Source: Octopus bimaculoides (lineage: Eukaryota). From it: a stretch of DNA of 64,000 bases. The notes under the pieces were generated by a model. It was given only the letters and a program-made list of their open reading frames with translations. It made no database searches and was not told the DNA's origin. Location: the NCBI RefSeq assembly GCF_001194135.2, contig NC_068983.1, positions 4,949,852 to 5,013,851 of the forward strand, in the 5' to 3' direction. The translations under genes were made by a program, and so were the position numbers. Shown one piece after another: positions 52,183 to 64,000 of this stretch (positions are counted from its first letter, which is position 1; every line of letters starts with the position of its first letter).

Positions 52183-52764
52183 GAAATAATTGATTTCTAC
52201 CGTTATAGGGATACTGGAAATCTTTGAGGTCCACTTCACCAATGCCATTTTAAACCCAAATTAAACAATGCAAATAATGTGATGGTAGTAATTCCTCACA
52301 TCATTCACCTCACTCGTCCATATCTGTGCGGTCAGTCATTACTCTTGCATATAGTAATGACTGACCATCCAATTACTCTCTCGGCTCATCTGTTCTGTTT
52401 ATTTCATCAAGTTAACGTCACATGTCCAATGGATCATACCAGCAGTGCTGGATTAGCCATTTAGCAAAATAAGCAGGTGCTTCGGGCATTCAGGGAAGAA
52501 ATGGTAAATGGTTTACAGCATGAAATAAAATCACTTTAAACTTGCTAAAGTAATGTTTTCCAAGTGTTCTTGGTGTCGTAGTAAGGATCTGATCAAAGCC
52601 TTTGCAGTTGAGAAAAGTAGGAGAAATCTTTTCAAATATAAATAAAGTGAAAGAACATTAATCTGTCGACTATCATGGGTGTTATGTTCCAACCCCTCCC
52701 CCCGCGATAGGTGAAAGTCCGCAAAGTAGAAACAGAACAAATTATTTTTATAATTTGTATATAT

Positions 52765-53335
52765 TTGGTGGCACGTAAAAAGCACCAAAGTCAGGTCTGC
52801 CTGACTGGCTCCCATGCTAGTGGCATGTAAAAAGTACCAACTGAATGTGGCTGATGCCAGTACCTCCAGACTGGCTCCTGTGCTGGTGGCACGTAAAACG
52901 CACCATCCGAACGTGGTTGACACCAGGTTCGCCTGACTGGCTCCCGTGCTGGTGGCACATAAAAAGCACCAACTGAACATGGCAGATGCCAGTACCCCCT
53001 GACTGGCTCTTGTGCTGGTGGCATGTAAGAAGCACCATCCAAACTTGGCTGATGCCAGTACCCATTGATGGCCCCCATGCTGGTGGCATGTAAAAAGCAC
53101 CATCTGAACGTGATCTATGCCAGATCTGCCAGACTGGCTCCTGTGCCAGTGGCACGTAAAAAGCACCCACTATACTCTCGGAGTGGTTGGCATTAGGAAG
53201 GGCATCCAGCTGTAGAAACATTGCCAGATCAGATTGGAGCCTGGTACAACCACTGGCTCTCCAGACCTTAGTCAAACCATCCAACCCATGCCAGCATGGA
53301 AAACAGACGTGAAACGATGATGATGATGATGATTA
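52765..53335 (+). mobile_element. RTE 3'-end copy with about six tandem ~66-bp units and a (GAT)n tail
   Basis: The unit tggcacgtaaaaagcacc...ctgactggctcccgtgctgg is repeated at 52821, 52887, 52953, 53019 and 53084, then the aggaagggcatccagctgtagaaac tail. More than 20 related copies occur, e.g. 2725-3035(-), 14670-14985(-), 36040-36400, 39455-39695, 40700-41090, 42215-42555, 54590-54810(-), 58345-58595(-), 59215-59490(-), 61320-61750. Confidence 0.85.
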
Positions 53336-53798
53336 TTTTATTAGAAATGCAAAAAAACACCATGGAGGAATCAACATAAGCTTAAATAATAAACCGTGAT
53401 AGATGAACTGCGATATGGCAATAGATTACTGCGCACAAAAATAAACTTTATTTTCCATTTTACCGTTAGTTTTGTTCCATTTTGAAAAACAGAGATTTAT
53501 TTCATGCTTAATTATTGTTTATATCTTGAACTACACCCATATGAGAGTACCAGAATCTTTCAAGTGCTTTGGGCTTCTATGGTTCTTAAACCAGTCCTGG
53601 ATTATGCACAATTCCTTTCTCTTCAGTAACCCCTTCTACTCTTTCCGTTTTTATTGTCTGTGTTTCACAACCTAGCAGTACCCCACCACACGCACACACA
53701 TACACACACACACACACACACACATAGACTTTCTAGTTTATACAGTCTCTGTATTTGGTTTTATGATTAAAATTTTCTCTGTTTGTGTATCATTTTAG

Positions 53799-53857
53799 CC
53801 CTGAAACAGATGAAATCAAAAGAACCATCTGACCCAAAGCAAACCACTGACGCTAAT
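53799..53857 (+). CDS. CEP72: CEP72-like exon 7 (ALKQMKSKEPSDPKQTTDAN)
   Basis: TTTTAG acceptor and GTGAGT donor. Only the phase-1 frame is open, consistent with the flanking exons; I cannot assess homology here. Confidence 0.65.
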
Positions 53858-55036
53858 GTGAGTGATCTCATAGGTCTCTCTTTTTCTATAAAGAATATTT
53901 TGTTTTTCTGGAAAGCTTGAAGATGAAAAGTATCAGTTTTTTTTTACAATCATAGAAGCACTGATGTGTTTAACCCTGTTGTTACCATAATTCTGTTGAA
54001 ATCCATTACCTTTGTTTCCCTTAATTAAGTAAAATATATTTTGTCATTATTAAGCTGGTGTAAGGTGGTGATCTGGCAGAATCGTTAGCATACTGGACAA
54101 AGTGCTTAGCACTATTTCGCCTGTCATTACATTCTGAGTTCAAATTCCACCGAGGTCAACTTTGCCTTTCATCCATTCGGGGTCAATGAAATAAGTACCA
54201 GTGAAACATTAGGGGGTGGGGGGTGTCGATGTAATCGATTTGTCCCTTCCCCCAAAATTTCAGGCCTTGTGCCTAAAGCAGAAAGGATTATTAAGCTGGT
54301 GTTTGGAAGGTTTTAATTTAGATCACTTTAACCCTTTTGTTACCATATTTCTGTTGAAATACATTACTTTTGCTTAAATCAATTTTGAAAGTAATGACAA
54401 GGAATTTAGAAGAATATCTTTGTCATTATTTAACTGGTGTTTGGAACATAAATGAACCTGAAATTTTGATGGAAGATTCCAATTTAGATCCTTTAAAACA
54501 GGAAGTTTGTGTCAAAGGATCAAAGGATAGTTTCAAGGGGATTGCAATCCAAAGAGTTAAAGGAAAGAATTGGAAAATTTTGTCTGCCATCATCATCATC
54601 TTCTTCATCATCATGTAACTTCCATTTTCCATGCTGGCATGGGTTGGATGGTTTGACTGAGGTCTGGAGAGCCAGCGGCTGCACCAGGCTCCAATCTGAT
54701 CTGGCAAAGTTTTTACAGTTGGATGCCCTTCCTAACACCAGCCACTCCAAGAGTGTAGTGGGTGCTTTTTACGTGCCACCAGCACAGGAGCCAGTCAGTG
54801 GGTACTGGCAACGATCACATTTGGATTTTGCTTTTTATGTATAGAATGAGTTTCTACTCATTTACTGTCTAATAAATCCACACAGAGGACAATTAATCAG
54901 CTTGGGATTATAGTAGAAAACAATTGCTTAAGGTGCCACGGTGGGATTGAAACCACATGGTTGCAATGTGAACTTCTTAAATCACACAGCCACACCTTGT
55001 ATACTTTACTATTATTAGAATTACAAAACCTCATCT

Positions 55037-55516
55037 TTAACCCTTTCATTACCAACCTGGCTGAAACCAGCTCTGGCATTGTAATACAAATGTCTTGTTT
55101 TCATAAGTTCTGAATTAAAATCTTCCACCAAGCCTTAGTCACAATTTATGTTCCTAACACCAGCTGAATGATAACTAAGTTATTTTACTAAATTCTTTGT
55201 TATATTTAAAGTAATTGAGAGAAACAAAGAGCATCTCAACAGAATTATGGTAACAAAAGGGTTAAAATATATAATAGAGAAACAATTCTTAACCCTTTTA
55301 TACCAATCCAGCCGAAACTGCTTCTGGCTCTGAGTATAAATGTCTTGTTTCCATGAATTTTGAATTAAAATCTCCCATGAAACCTTAGTCACAATTTATG
55401 TTCCTAGCACAAGCTTAATGATAACTAAGTTATTATCCTAAATTCTTTGTTATATTTAAAATTAATTGAAAGAAACACAGAACATCTCAAAAGAAATACA
55501 ATAACGAAAGGGTTAA
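55037..55516. mobile_element. Two adjacent piggyBac-type MITEs (55037-55265 and 55289-55516)
   Basis: Each is bounded by TTAA-CCCTTT...AAAGGG-TTAA, and the interiors are homologous. Related fragments start at 53971 and 54328. Confidence 0.7.
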
Positions 55517-55899
55517 AGTGCCATACAGTGGGATTGACACCACATGGTTGCAACATGAACTCCTTAAATCATACAACCATGCCTTGGATAAGTCTACTAT
55601 CATTAAAATTACAAAACCTCATCTTTAAATACTTGAGATTTATTGAAATGTTTGTTGATTTCTATATTGATTAAGTGCCCAGTTGACTCCATATATTTCC
55701 ATTTTGTATTTCTGTCTCTTCACTATATTGTACACAGTCTGTATGTTTGTATATGTGTTATTTAGCCAGCCACCAGCTGGTCTTAATTCCATGGTATGAC
55801 TATTAAGCACAATTTCCCAGCCACAGAAAACACATATTTATATTTTCCAGTTTTAGTATTGCAACAGACAAACTAAAAAAATGACAGCTGTTTCAGCTG

Positions 55900-55938
<39 letters not shown>

Positions 55939-57155
55939 GNNNNNNNNNNTACGGCAACAGATCAATAAACAAGCTGGTATAAATACTTTTAATAAAATGG
56001 CTACAAAGACTAAAGTTGAGGTTGGAAATATAGAATAATAATGAGAAGCCTAAAGCACAGTCACTTTCGAAATTAATTAATTATTGTTTTGGCTTGTGTG
56101 TGTGTGTTGTTTGCAAGTAACATGTGTTGGCCAGGCATGTTTGCATGGAAGATTGGAAATGAAGGACATGATTTGTATGATGAGGACACTGACACACTCA
56201 CACACTCAAGCTCACACACACAAACACACACACACAAATATGTGTGTATACGTGTGTATATACTATGGGCTTCTTTCAGTTTCTGTCTCTTACACATTCA
56301 CTCACAAAGCTCTACTTGGCCCAAGGCTGTAGTGGAAGACATTTGCCCAAAATACCATGCAACGGAACTGAAGATGAATCCATGTGGTAGGGAAGCAACT
56401 GTCTTACGGACACACACACACACACACATACACACACACACACATGGCTTTGTGGTAAGAATCTTACTTCTCAGTCACATAGTTCCAGGTTCAGTCCCAC
56501 TGCATGGTACCTAGGGTAAGTGTCTTCTACTATAGCCTTAGGTCAACCAAAGCCATCTGTGTGGATTTAGTAGATGGAAACTGAAAGAAGCCTGTCATGT
56601 GTGTGTGTGTGTGTGTCTTTGTGTCTGTGGTTGTCCCGCTCTACTGTTTGACAGCCAGTGTTGGTGTGTTTACATCCCCGTAATTTAGTGGTTTGGCCAA
56701 AGAGACTGATAGAATAAGTACTAGGCTTTTAAAAAGAATATAATTACTGGGGTCGATTCATTTGACTAAAAATTCTTCAAGGCAGTGCTCTAGCATGGCC
56801 ACTGTCTTATGACTGAAATAAGTAAAAATGGAAAAGAAGATATGTGTATTGCATTATTTAATAATTTATATATATATATATCATTATATGTATGTATATA
56901 TATATATTTACATATATCTATATGTGTGCGTGTATATATATATTTATATATATATATGTATTCACACGTGTGCACACGCACATGATGGCTTTCTTTTAGC
57001 TTTGCTCTCCGAAAGCCACTCACAAGGCTTTGGTCAGCTCAGGGCTATAGTGAAAGCCATTTTGCTCAAGGTGCCATGCAATGGGACTGAACCCAAGACC
57101 ACATTGTCACTGCTGTCCCTTATTAAAGTAATCCATTTTTTGTTTATCCTTTCAG

Positions 57156-57289
57156 AGCAGAGTGACATCAGAAGATGCTGCAAACTCTGAGAAACACAAG
57201 TCTCTGAATGATGGAATCTACTCGGACTACTCAAAATTAGACAGTGGGAGCAGTGAAACACAACCAAAAGCTCAGACATATCAAACCAA
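57156..57289 (+). CDS. CEP72: CEP72-like exon 8 (SRVTSEDAANSEKHKSLNDGIYSDYSKLDSGSSETQPKAQTYQT-K)
   Basis: Pyrimidine-rich TTTCAG acceptor, open phase-0 frame and GTAAAC donor in phase 2. Confidence 0.65.
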
Positions 57290-57879
57290 GTAAACCTCAA
57301 TAACTTTGGTTATTAACATTTTTCACAATTACATTGTTATTTCCAGTGGTCTAGTGGTTAGGGTATTTTGTTTGCAATCATAAGGGCCAGGGTTCAATTT
57401 CTGGAATAGGCAGTATGTTTTTTTTTTTTTGAACAAGTAACTTCATTTCATAATAGCTTCAGTCTACTCAGTTGTAAATAATTATCAGATGGTTGTCTTT
57501 CAAGTTGCTTGGTGGCCCTGTCGATGCTGGTGCCACATAAAAAGCACCCAGTGGGCTCTGTAATGTGGTTGGTGTTAGGGAGAACATCCAGCTGTAGAAA
57601 CCATGCCAAAACGGACAACGGCTTCTGTCAAACCATCAAATTCGTGCTAGCATGGAAAACGGATGTTAAATGATGATGATAATGATGGTGGTGGTGGTGG
57701 TGGTGCTGCTACTGTTTATGGTAGTGATGGTGCTGGCATAGCTCTCCTTACCTCCAGCTATTACGTCCTAAATGTGCCCCTGAGTGAACAGTGTTGGGAC
57801 TTAGACGATGGTCGTGTCAGCTCATGATTACATAATCACCGTAAGCAATCGATGAAAACATGGTCCATACGAGTCTACA

Positions 57880-58290
57880 CTTTTGAGATGAGGAATTATG
57901 GAGATTATTTACAATGGACAGACAGATGTCCTCACCCTGTTTGTTGTTACCACAACGTTTCGGCTGATTTACTCTCCAGCCTTCATCAGATGATCTGCTG
58001 GGCATGTAGCACAGTGGATAAGAGTGCTGGCTACTAAATTTCGGATTCTGAGTTCAGTCCCAAGCAGGGACTTGAGAAATAATATCAACAGATAAAAAAT
58101 AAAATAATATCAGCAAAAAAAAAAAAAAAAATTAATATCTTAGGAATGAGAACAGAGTCAAATAAAGGGTTGGGTTTGAAATTCCACCAGGACACCTGAT
58201 GAAGGCTGGAGAATACACTAGAGGAAACATTGTGGTAACAATAAACAAGGTGGGGACACCTATTTGTTCATTGTAAATAATGTTATCAAT
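57880..58290. mobile_element. Inverted pair of tRNA-headed hammerhead elements, locus 4
   Basis: Minus HHR at 57949-57993. Plus copy with A box-like TAGCACAGTGG, B box-like GAGTTCAGTCC and CTGATGA at about 58196. Confidence 0.72.
57949..57993 (-). ncRNA. Minimal hammerhead ribozyme motif, best-preserved core
   Basis: On the minus strand: CUGAUGA-A-GGCUGG-agaguaaa-UCAGCC-GAAA-CGUU-GUGGU. Stem II is intact and stem III is the palindrome AACGUU. Confidence 0.68.
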
Positions 58291-61200
58291 TCATACACTC
58301 TGCAAATAATGGCTGGTTGTATAGAACCAAAGTCATTCACCAATCACTATCATCATCATCGTTTAATGTCCGTTTTCCATGCTGGCATGGATCGGACGGT
58401 TTGACTGAGTTCTGGAGAGCCAGAAGGCTGCACCAAGTTCCAATCTGATCTGGCAATGTTTCTACAGCTGGATGCCCTCCCTAACAGCAACCCCTCCGAG
58501 AGTGTAGTGGGTGCTTTTTATGTGCCACTGGCACAGGGGCCAGTCAGTGGGTACTGGCATTGATCACGTTTGAATGGTGCTTTTTATGTGCCATAACTTT
58601 GTGAAAACATGACTGAGACACAAAATCTTATAAAAAGTACCACGAACATGGCAGAAAGTGTCTGGATAATTTTCACATTTAAAAAGAATCTTTTATCTTC
58701 TATTTTTTACTTGTTTTATTCATTAGACTGAGGCCATGCTGGGGCACCGCCATGAAAAGTTTTTAGTTGAATGTATCAACCCCAGTACTCCCTTTTTTTT
58801 TAAAGCTGCATACTTATTCTGTTAGTGCCCTTTGCCAAACCACTAAGTTACAGGGATGTAAACACACCAACACCGGTTATCAAGTAGTAGTAAGTGGACA
58901 AACACAAAGACACACACATGCACACACACACAGACACACACACACATACATGAATACAACAGGCTTCTTTCAATTTCCATCTACCAAATCCACTCACAAT
59001 GCTTTGGTCAGTCCAAGGTGTTCAAGGTGCCATGCAGTGGGACTGAACCTGGAACCATGTGGTTGGGAAGCAAACTTCTTACTGCACAGCCACACCTGCA
59101 CATTAAACAACAACATCTGAAAAAACATGAAAACCTGCAAAATATTTTAAATATAAAAAAAAAAAATGGTTGTACCTCCAAACTGAAGAAACACCAAAGA
59201 AAATTTTGAAATCAGCATCATTATCATCATCATTTAATGTCTATTGTCCATGCTGGCATGGGTTGGATGGTTTGACTGGGCTGGTACACTGGAAGGGTGC
59301 ACCAGTTTGATTTTGTATGGTTTTCTATGTTTGGATGCCCTTCCTAATGCCAACCACTCTGAAAGTGTAATGGCTGCTTTTACATGCCACTGGCACGGGT
59401 GTCATTTGCATGACAGCGGTATCTGCCATGACTGCAATTTTTGCTCAGCTTGATGGGTCTTCTCCTCAAGCACGACATAATGCCAAACACTCAAAAGGAA
59501 TGCTTTCTAGTTTACTCAAAACCATCAACCAACAATTCTTTGTTGACCAATAATTTTACTCTGTTATAATCTTAGACATTATTAAATTAATTAGATTAAA
59601 TCTGTTAATTTTGGTTTCAGATTGTGACACAAGGCCAGCAACTTTGGTGAGGGGAAAGTTGATTACATTGACCGCAGTACTCAACTAGTACTTGTTTTAT
59701 TGACCCAGAAAGGATAAAACGTAAAGTCAACGTTGGTAGAATTTGAGTTCAGAGCATGAAGATGGATGGCACAGCACTAAGATCTTGCCCAGCGTGCTAA
59801 TGATTCTGCCAGTTTGCTTCCATAACTGTTAATATTGGTTTCTAACAAAGGCGGCAAGCGGGCAGAAATGTTAGCATGCTGGGCAAAATGCTTAGTGGTA
59901 TTTTATCTATCTTTATGTTCTGAGTTCAAATTCTGCCAAAGTCAACTTTACCTTTCATCCTTTTGGGGTCAATAAATTAAGTACCAGTTGCGTACTGGGA
60001 TCTATCTAATCGACTGGCCTCCTCCTGCAAAAATTTCAGGTCTTGTGCCTAGAGTAGAAAAGAAAAGAGATTTTTTTTGTCTTTACGTTCTGAGTTCAAA
60101 TTCCGCCAGGGTTGACTTTGCCTTTCATCCTTTCGGGGTCGATAAACTAACTACCAGTTGCGTACTGGGTTGATCTAATCGACTGTTTCCCCCCCCCCCC
60201 CCAAAAAAAAAGAAATTAATTTTCAGGACTTGTGCCTAGAATAAAAAAGAATATTGGTTTCTAACATAACGTCAAAGCCTCGAAAATGGAAGAGGAATAT
60301 TGTCAATTTTATTGATTCAGTACTGTGTTATTGGCACAAAATCTTTTATTATTGATTCCTGATATAACCACAAGATGTCTCTCACATTCAATATGGCGGA
60401 AGAAACGATTGATCTGCTATCCTTCAAATGTGTATGTCAATTTATTGATCTAGTAATACTTTATTGATACTAAATCTATTAATATTGATTTCTGACATCA
60501 TCGTCATCACCACCACCACCACCACCGCCACAACCACAACCACAACCATCACCATCATCGTCATCATTATCATAATCATCATCATCATCATCGTTATCAT
60601 CATTTAATGTCCACTTTTCCAATTGTCAAGGCAGATTTTTCTACAGCTGGACCTTTCCTGTTATCAAGCTAGGTAATACATTTCCATGGCCAGACATATT
60701 TTTCACAGAAGACTGGAAATGAACAACCTTGCTTGTATGACAATGAGGCTCATTTACAACCATCCTGTGATGTCTAGCCAAGGGTACACAAACAAACATA
60801 TACACACACACTCACATATGCATACATGGCTGTGTGGTAAAAAGCTTGCTTCCCAACCACATGATTCTGGGTTCAGTTCCACTGTGTGACACCTTGGTCT
60901 CAGGCTGAAAGAAGACTGTTATGTATGTGTGTGTGTGTGTGTGTGAGTGTGTCTTTGTGTTTGTTCCTCCCCACCATCACTTGACAATCGGTGTTGGTGT
61001 GTTTATGTCCTTGTAACTTAGTAGTTTGGCAAAAGAAACTGATAGAATAAGGACCAGGCTTTAAAAAAAAAAGGTTTTGGGGTAGATTCATTCAACTAAA
61101 ACTTCCTTAGAGCAGTGCCCCAGCATGACCGCAGTCTAAGGAATGANNNNNNNNNNTGCTTACCAACCACATGGTTCCAGGTTCAGCCCCACTGCATGGC

Positions 61201-62611
61201 ACCTTGGGCAAATGTCTACCAGTATAGCCTTGGGCTGACCAAAGCCTTGTGAGTGGATTTGGTAGGCAGAAACTGAAAGAAGCCCGTTGTAATATATATA
61301 TATGTGTATGTATGTATATGTGCCAGTGGCATGTAAAAAGTTCCTTACGAGCATTGGGCCTTAGGGAGGCAAAGTGGCTGAGTTCCTCTTCAGTGATGGG
61401 CCTCATGGAGGCAATGACCGAGACCTTTGGTCTTATGTCGTGCTTCAGAACAAGACCCACTAAGCTGAGCAAAATTGCAGTCATGGCAGACACCGGTGTC
61501 ACACAAATTGGCACCCATGCTGGTCGCACATAAAGCACCCTGGTGTCATGCAAATGGTACCTGTGCCAGTGGCATGTAAAAGAACCCATTACACTTTCAG
61601 AGTGGTTGGTGTTAAGAAGGGCATCCAGCCATAGAAAACCATGCAAATCAGACTGGGGACTGGGGAAACCTTCCAGCTTACCAGCCCTAGTCAAACCATC
61701 CAACCCATGCCAGCATGGACAATGGACATTAAATGATGATGATGATGATGATGTAGGGCATTCTGTCTAATAGTCTGTGAATTCTACAAACCACCACCAC
61801 CACAACCACCACCTTCGCCCTGCTAAATTTGTAAAAATTAGTTTCTTGATAATTTTGAGCAAAATAAACAAATATAAGAACCTGGCCGGCTGCCATCAGT
61901 TGGTGCTACGTGGTCTTTGATCCTGCACAAAATCGGTATAACTGTGGCCTATTTGAGAAATGAGTCCCACGAGGTGGGGGTGGATGCTGTAGCAAGTGTT
62001 GCCAGCCATTCTCCATGGCAACACCTTTGCTATCATATCTGCAAGGCATGTCTAAACTTGCCATTTGGTTTGGGGTGTATAACTTATTACTCCCCCCCAC
62101 CCCATCTTCTGCTGCTTCACACCCCACTTTTTAAAAAGTTTTTCTTTGTTTCTTTGGCGAGGTAGTTATGGGGTATTTTTCTTGATAATCTGATCTATTC
62201 TTTTAATGTCTTTTTCTTTCTTTTCTTCCTGTAAAAACATGTTAATAAAAATAAAATGAGGTTATCTTAAAAAAAAAAGGCTTTATAGGTGCAGGAGTGG
62301 CTGTGTGGTAAGTAGCTTGCTTGCTAACCACATGGTTCCAGGTTCAGTCCCACTGCATGGCACCTTGGGCAAGTGTCTTCTACTATAGCCTCGGGCTGAC
62401 CAAAGCTTTGTGAGTGGATTTGGTATATGGAAACTGAAAGAAGCCTGTCGTGTTTGTGTGTGTGTGTTTGTGTGTGTGTTTGTCCTCCCAACATCGCTTG
62501 ACAACCGATATTGTAAATTCATATTTTCATCATGAATTTACAATTTATTTTAATTCAAAGTTTAGACTACTCTTACTAATTTGATATCAGTTAAAAATAG
62601 CATTTCATTAG

Positions 62612-62694
62612 ATTTGCAGTGCCAATTTCACACCAGGAAGAAGTTGAAGCTTATTCTAAATACACTGGACGTTCTACCTTTACACCACAACCAG
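62612..62694 (+). CDS. CEP72: CEP72-like exon 9 (FAVPISHQEEVEAYSKYTGRSTFTPQP-G)
   Basis: CATTAG acceptor giving phase 2 and a GTGAGT donor. The EAY...FTP.P motif is recalled from CEP72-family proteins. Confidence 0.75.
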
Positions 62695-62721
62695 GTGAGT
62701 CTTCAATAAAACTGGTCATTT

Positions 62722-62776
62722 ATCATCATCATCATCATCATCACCACCACCATTATCATCACATCATCACCATCAC

Positions 62777-62808
<32 letters not shown>

Positions 62809-62825
62809 CCACCATCATCATCATC

Positions 62826-62857
<32 letters not shown>

Positions 62858-62858
62858 T
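62722..62858. repeat. (CAT/CAC)n microsatellite, the expanded tail of a minus-strand RTE 3' copy
   Basis: Contiguous with ttaacatccatgttcc...gatgccctttt. It starts 27 nt after the exon 9 donor. Confidence 0.85.
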
Positions 62859-63625
62859 TAACATCCATGTTCCTTGCAAGGGTTGGATGATTTGATAGAA
62901 TTTAATGGTTCTGAAGACTGCAGCAAGCACCAACATCTACTTTGGCATGGTTTCTATGACTGGATGCCCTTTTTAATGCCAGTCATTCTACAGAGTGTGC
63001 TGGGTGCTTCTTTTTCCTGCAAGACTAAGATCCTTTTGACCGAGTGAGGTTACAGCAGAGAGGGGAAGGTGGCTTTATGCCATCGGACAAGGGACTGAAG
63101 TGTAAGAGAAGGGTCCAGAACAGAACAGGTTTCTTGATGTAGAGGAACGACATGACTACTCACATTATGGATGAGAAAGAGAGTAGGTGGGNNNNNNNNN
63201 NNNNNNNNNNNNNGGGGGGGGGGGGAGAGGGAGACTGGATTGGAGCTAGAAAGAGATAGAAATAGTGGTGATAAAGTTTTATCGTGTACCCTCAAGATGC
63301 AGGGTATATAGAAGTGAGTGGAGAATATTGTTAGGATGACAATCCAGTTGTGACTTACCAGTCATATTTTCTGGTACCTTGTTTTTAGAATTGAAATTTC
63401 CATTGTTTTTCTAGTGTTAAAATGTCAAGGAGTAGTTTGAGGGTGATTGTGCTGTTGTTTCTGCTAAACAAATGGTGAAATGGTACTAGGCTGACTTTGG
63501 CTGAAGACACTAAAGCACAAAATAGTGGCATTGTTTAGATCTCATTTGTTTGTTTTTGCAAATTGAATTACAGAAAATCTGTTGTGGTTTTTATTTTTTC
63601 ATGATTATATTGTTTACATTTAAAG

Positions 63626-63792
63626 GACACACTGCTGATAATGGATTGCACCAACCAAAAGAACCATTAGTGTTGCAACAGCAGCAAAACACTGACCATC
63701 AGAACCACCACCACCACCACCAGCAAAACCAACAACAGGCACAAGAACAACAACATCTAAAGTATAAGCATTCCTCTTCTCAGGCATTAAAA
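63626..63792 (+). CDS. CEP72: CEP72-like exon 10, Gln/His-rich; the gene continues beyond the window
   Basis: TTTAAAG acceptor in phase 1, open frame (HTADNGLHQPKEPLVLQQQQNTDHQNHHHHHQQ...ALK) and GTATGT donor at 63793. Confidence 0.65.
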
Positions 63793-64000
63793 GTATGTTG
63801 GTGACAACAAACTTTGTTGTTCTCAATATGAATTTATTTGTTATGATGTTGTTGAAGTTTCTTCTGAACTAATTGCAAAGTTTAGAAATGACTGTTTTTT
63901 TCCTGTTCTTTTATGTTTTATAATTGTTTAACCCTTTTTTTGGTTCCAGCTTGCATGAAACCACCCATGGTTCTATGATACAGATTCCTTGTTTTATAGA

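Noticed and set aside
52768-53170. CRISPR-like regularly spaced repeats
   Set aside because: The spacers are homologous to each other, the repeats are degenerate, no cas genes are present, and the array lies in a eukaryotic LINE 3' UTR.
57288-57293. AAG TAA as the end of the CEP72-like CDS
   Set aside because: The GT here works as a phase-2 donor matching the 62612 acceptor, and conserved-looking sequence follows.
62612-62861. ORF 62619-62861 with poly-His/Ile tail, and the AG at 62618-62619 as acceptor
   Set aside because: The tail is an intronic (CAT)n after the GTGAGT donor at 62695. The AG at 62619 gives the wrong phase.

Overview
AT-rich, repeat-dense animal genomic DNA with 12 assembly gaps. 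The repeat families suggest a coleoid cephalopod, most likely Octopus; this is an inference from recall, not a database result. Two intron-rich + strand genes can be reconstructed exon by exon with consistent splice phases. (1) A KDEL receptor (KDELR/ERD2) with CDS at 5239-5329, 16616-16875, 19388-(gap) and 25936-25970; most of exon 3 lies in the 19409-20214 gap. (2) A CEP72/LRRC36-family LRR centrosomal protein with 10 exons from 33321 to 63792 (365 codons in frame), continuing past the window end. Its third intron (41421-43133) has U12 minor-spliceosome signals. The rest is mobile DNA: two tRNA-headed SINE families, a decayed RTE LINE and many truncated copies of its 3' end carrying a ~66-bp tandem array, other LINE remnants, a mariner, several MITEs and microsatellites. 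The most notable signal is a small repeat family at four loci in CEP72 introns, always as an inverted pair. It joins a tRNA-like Pol III promoter to a minimal, Penelope-type hammerhead ribozyme, resembling a retrozyme or SM-alpha-type non-autonomous retroelement.
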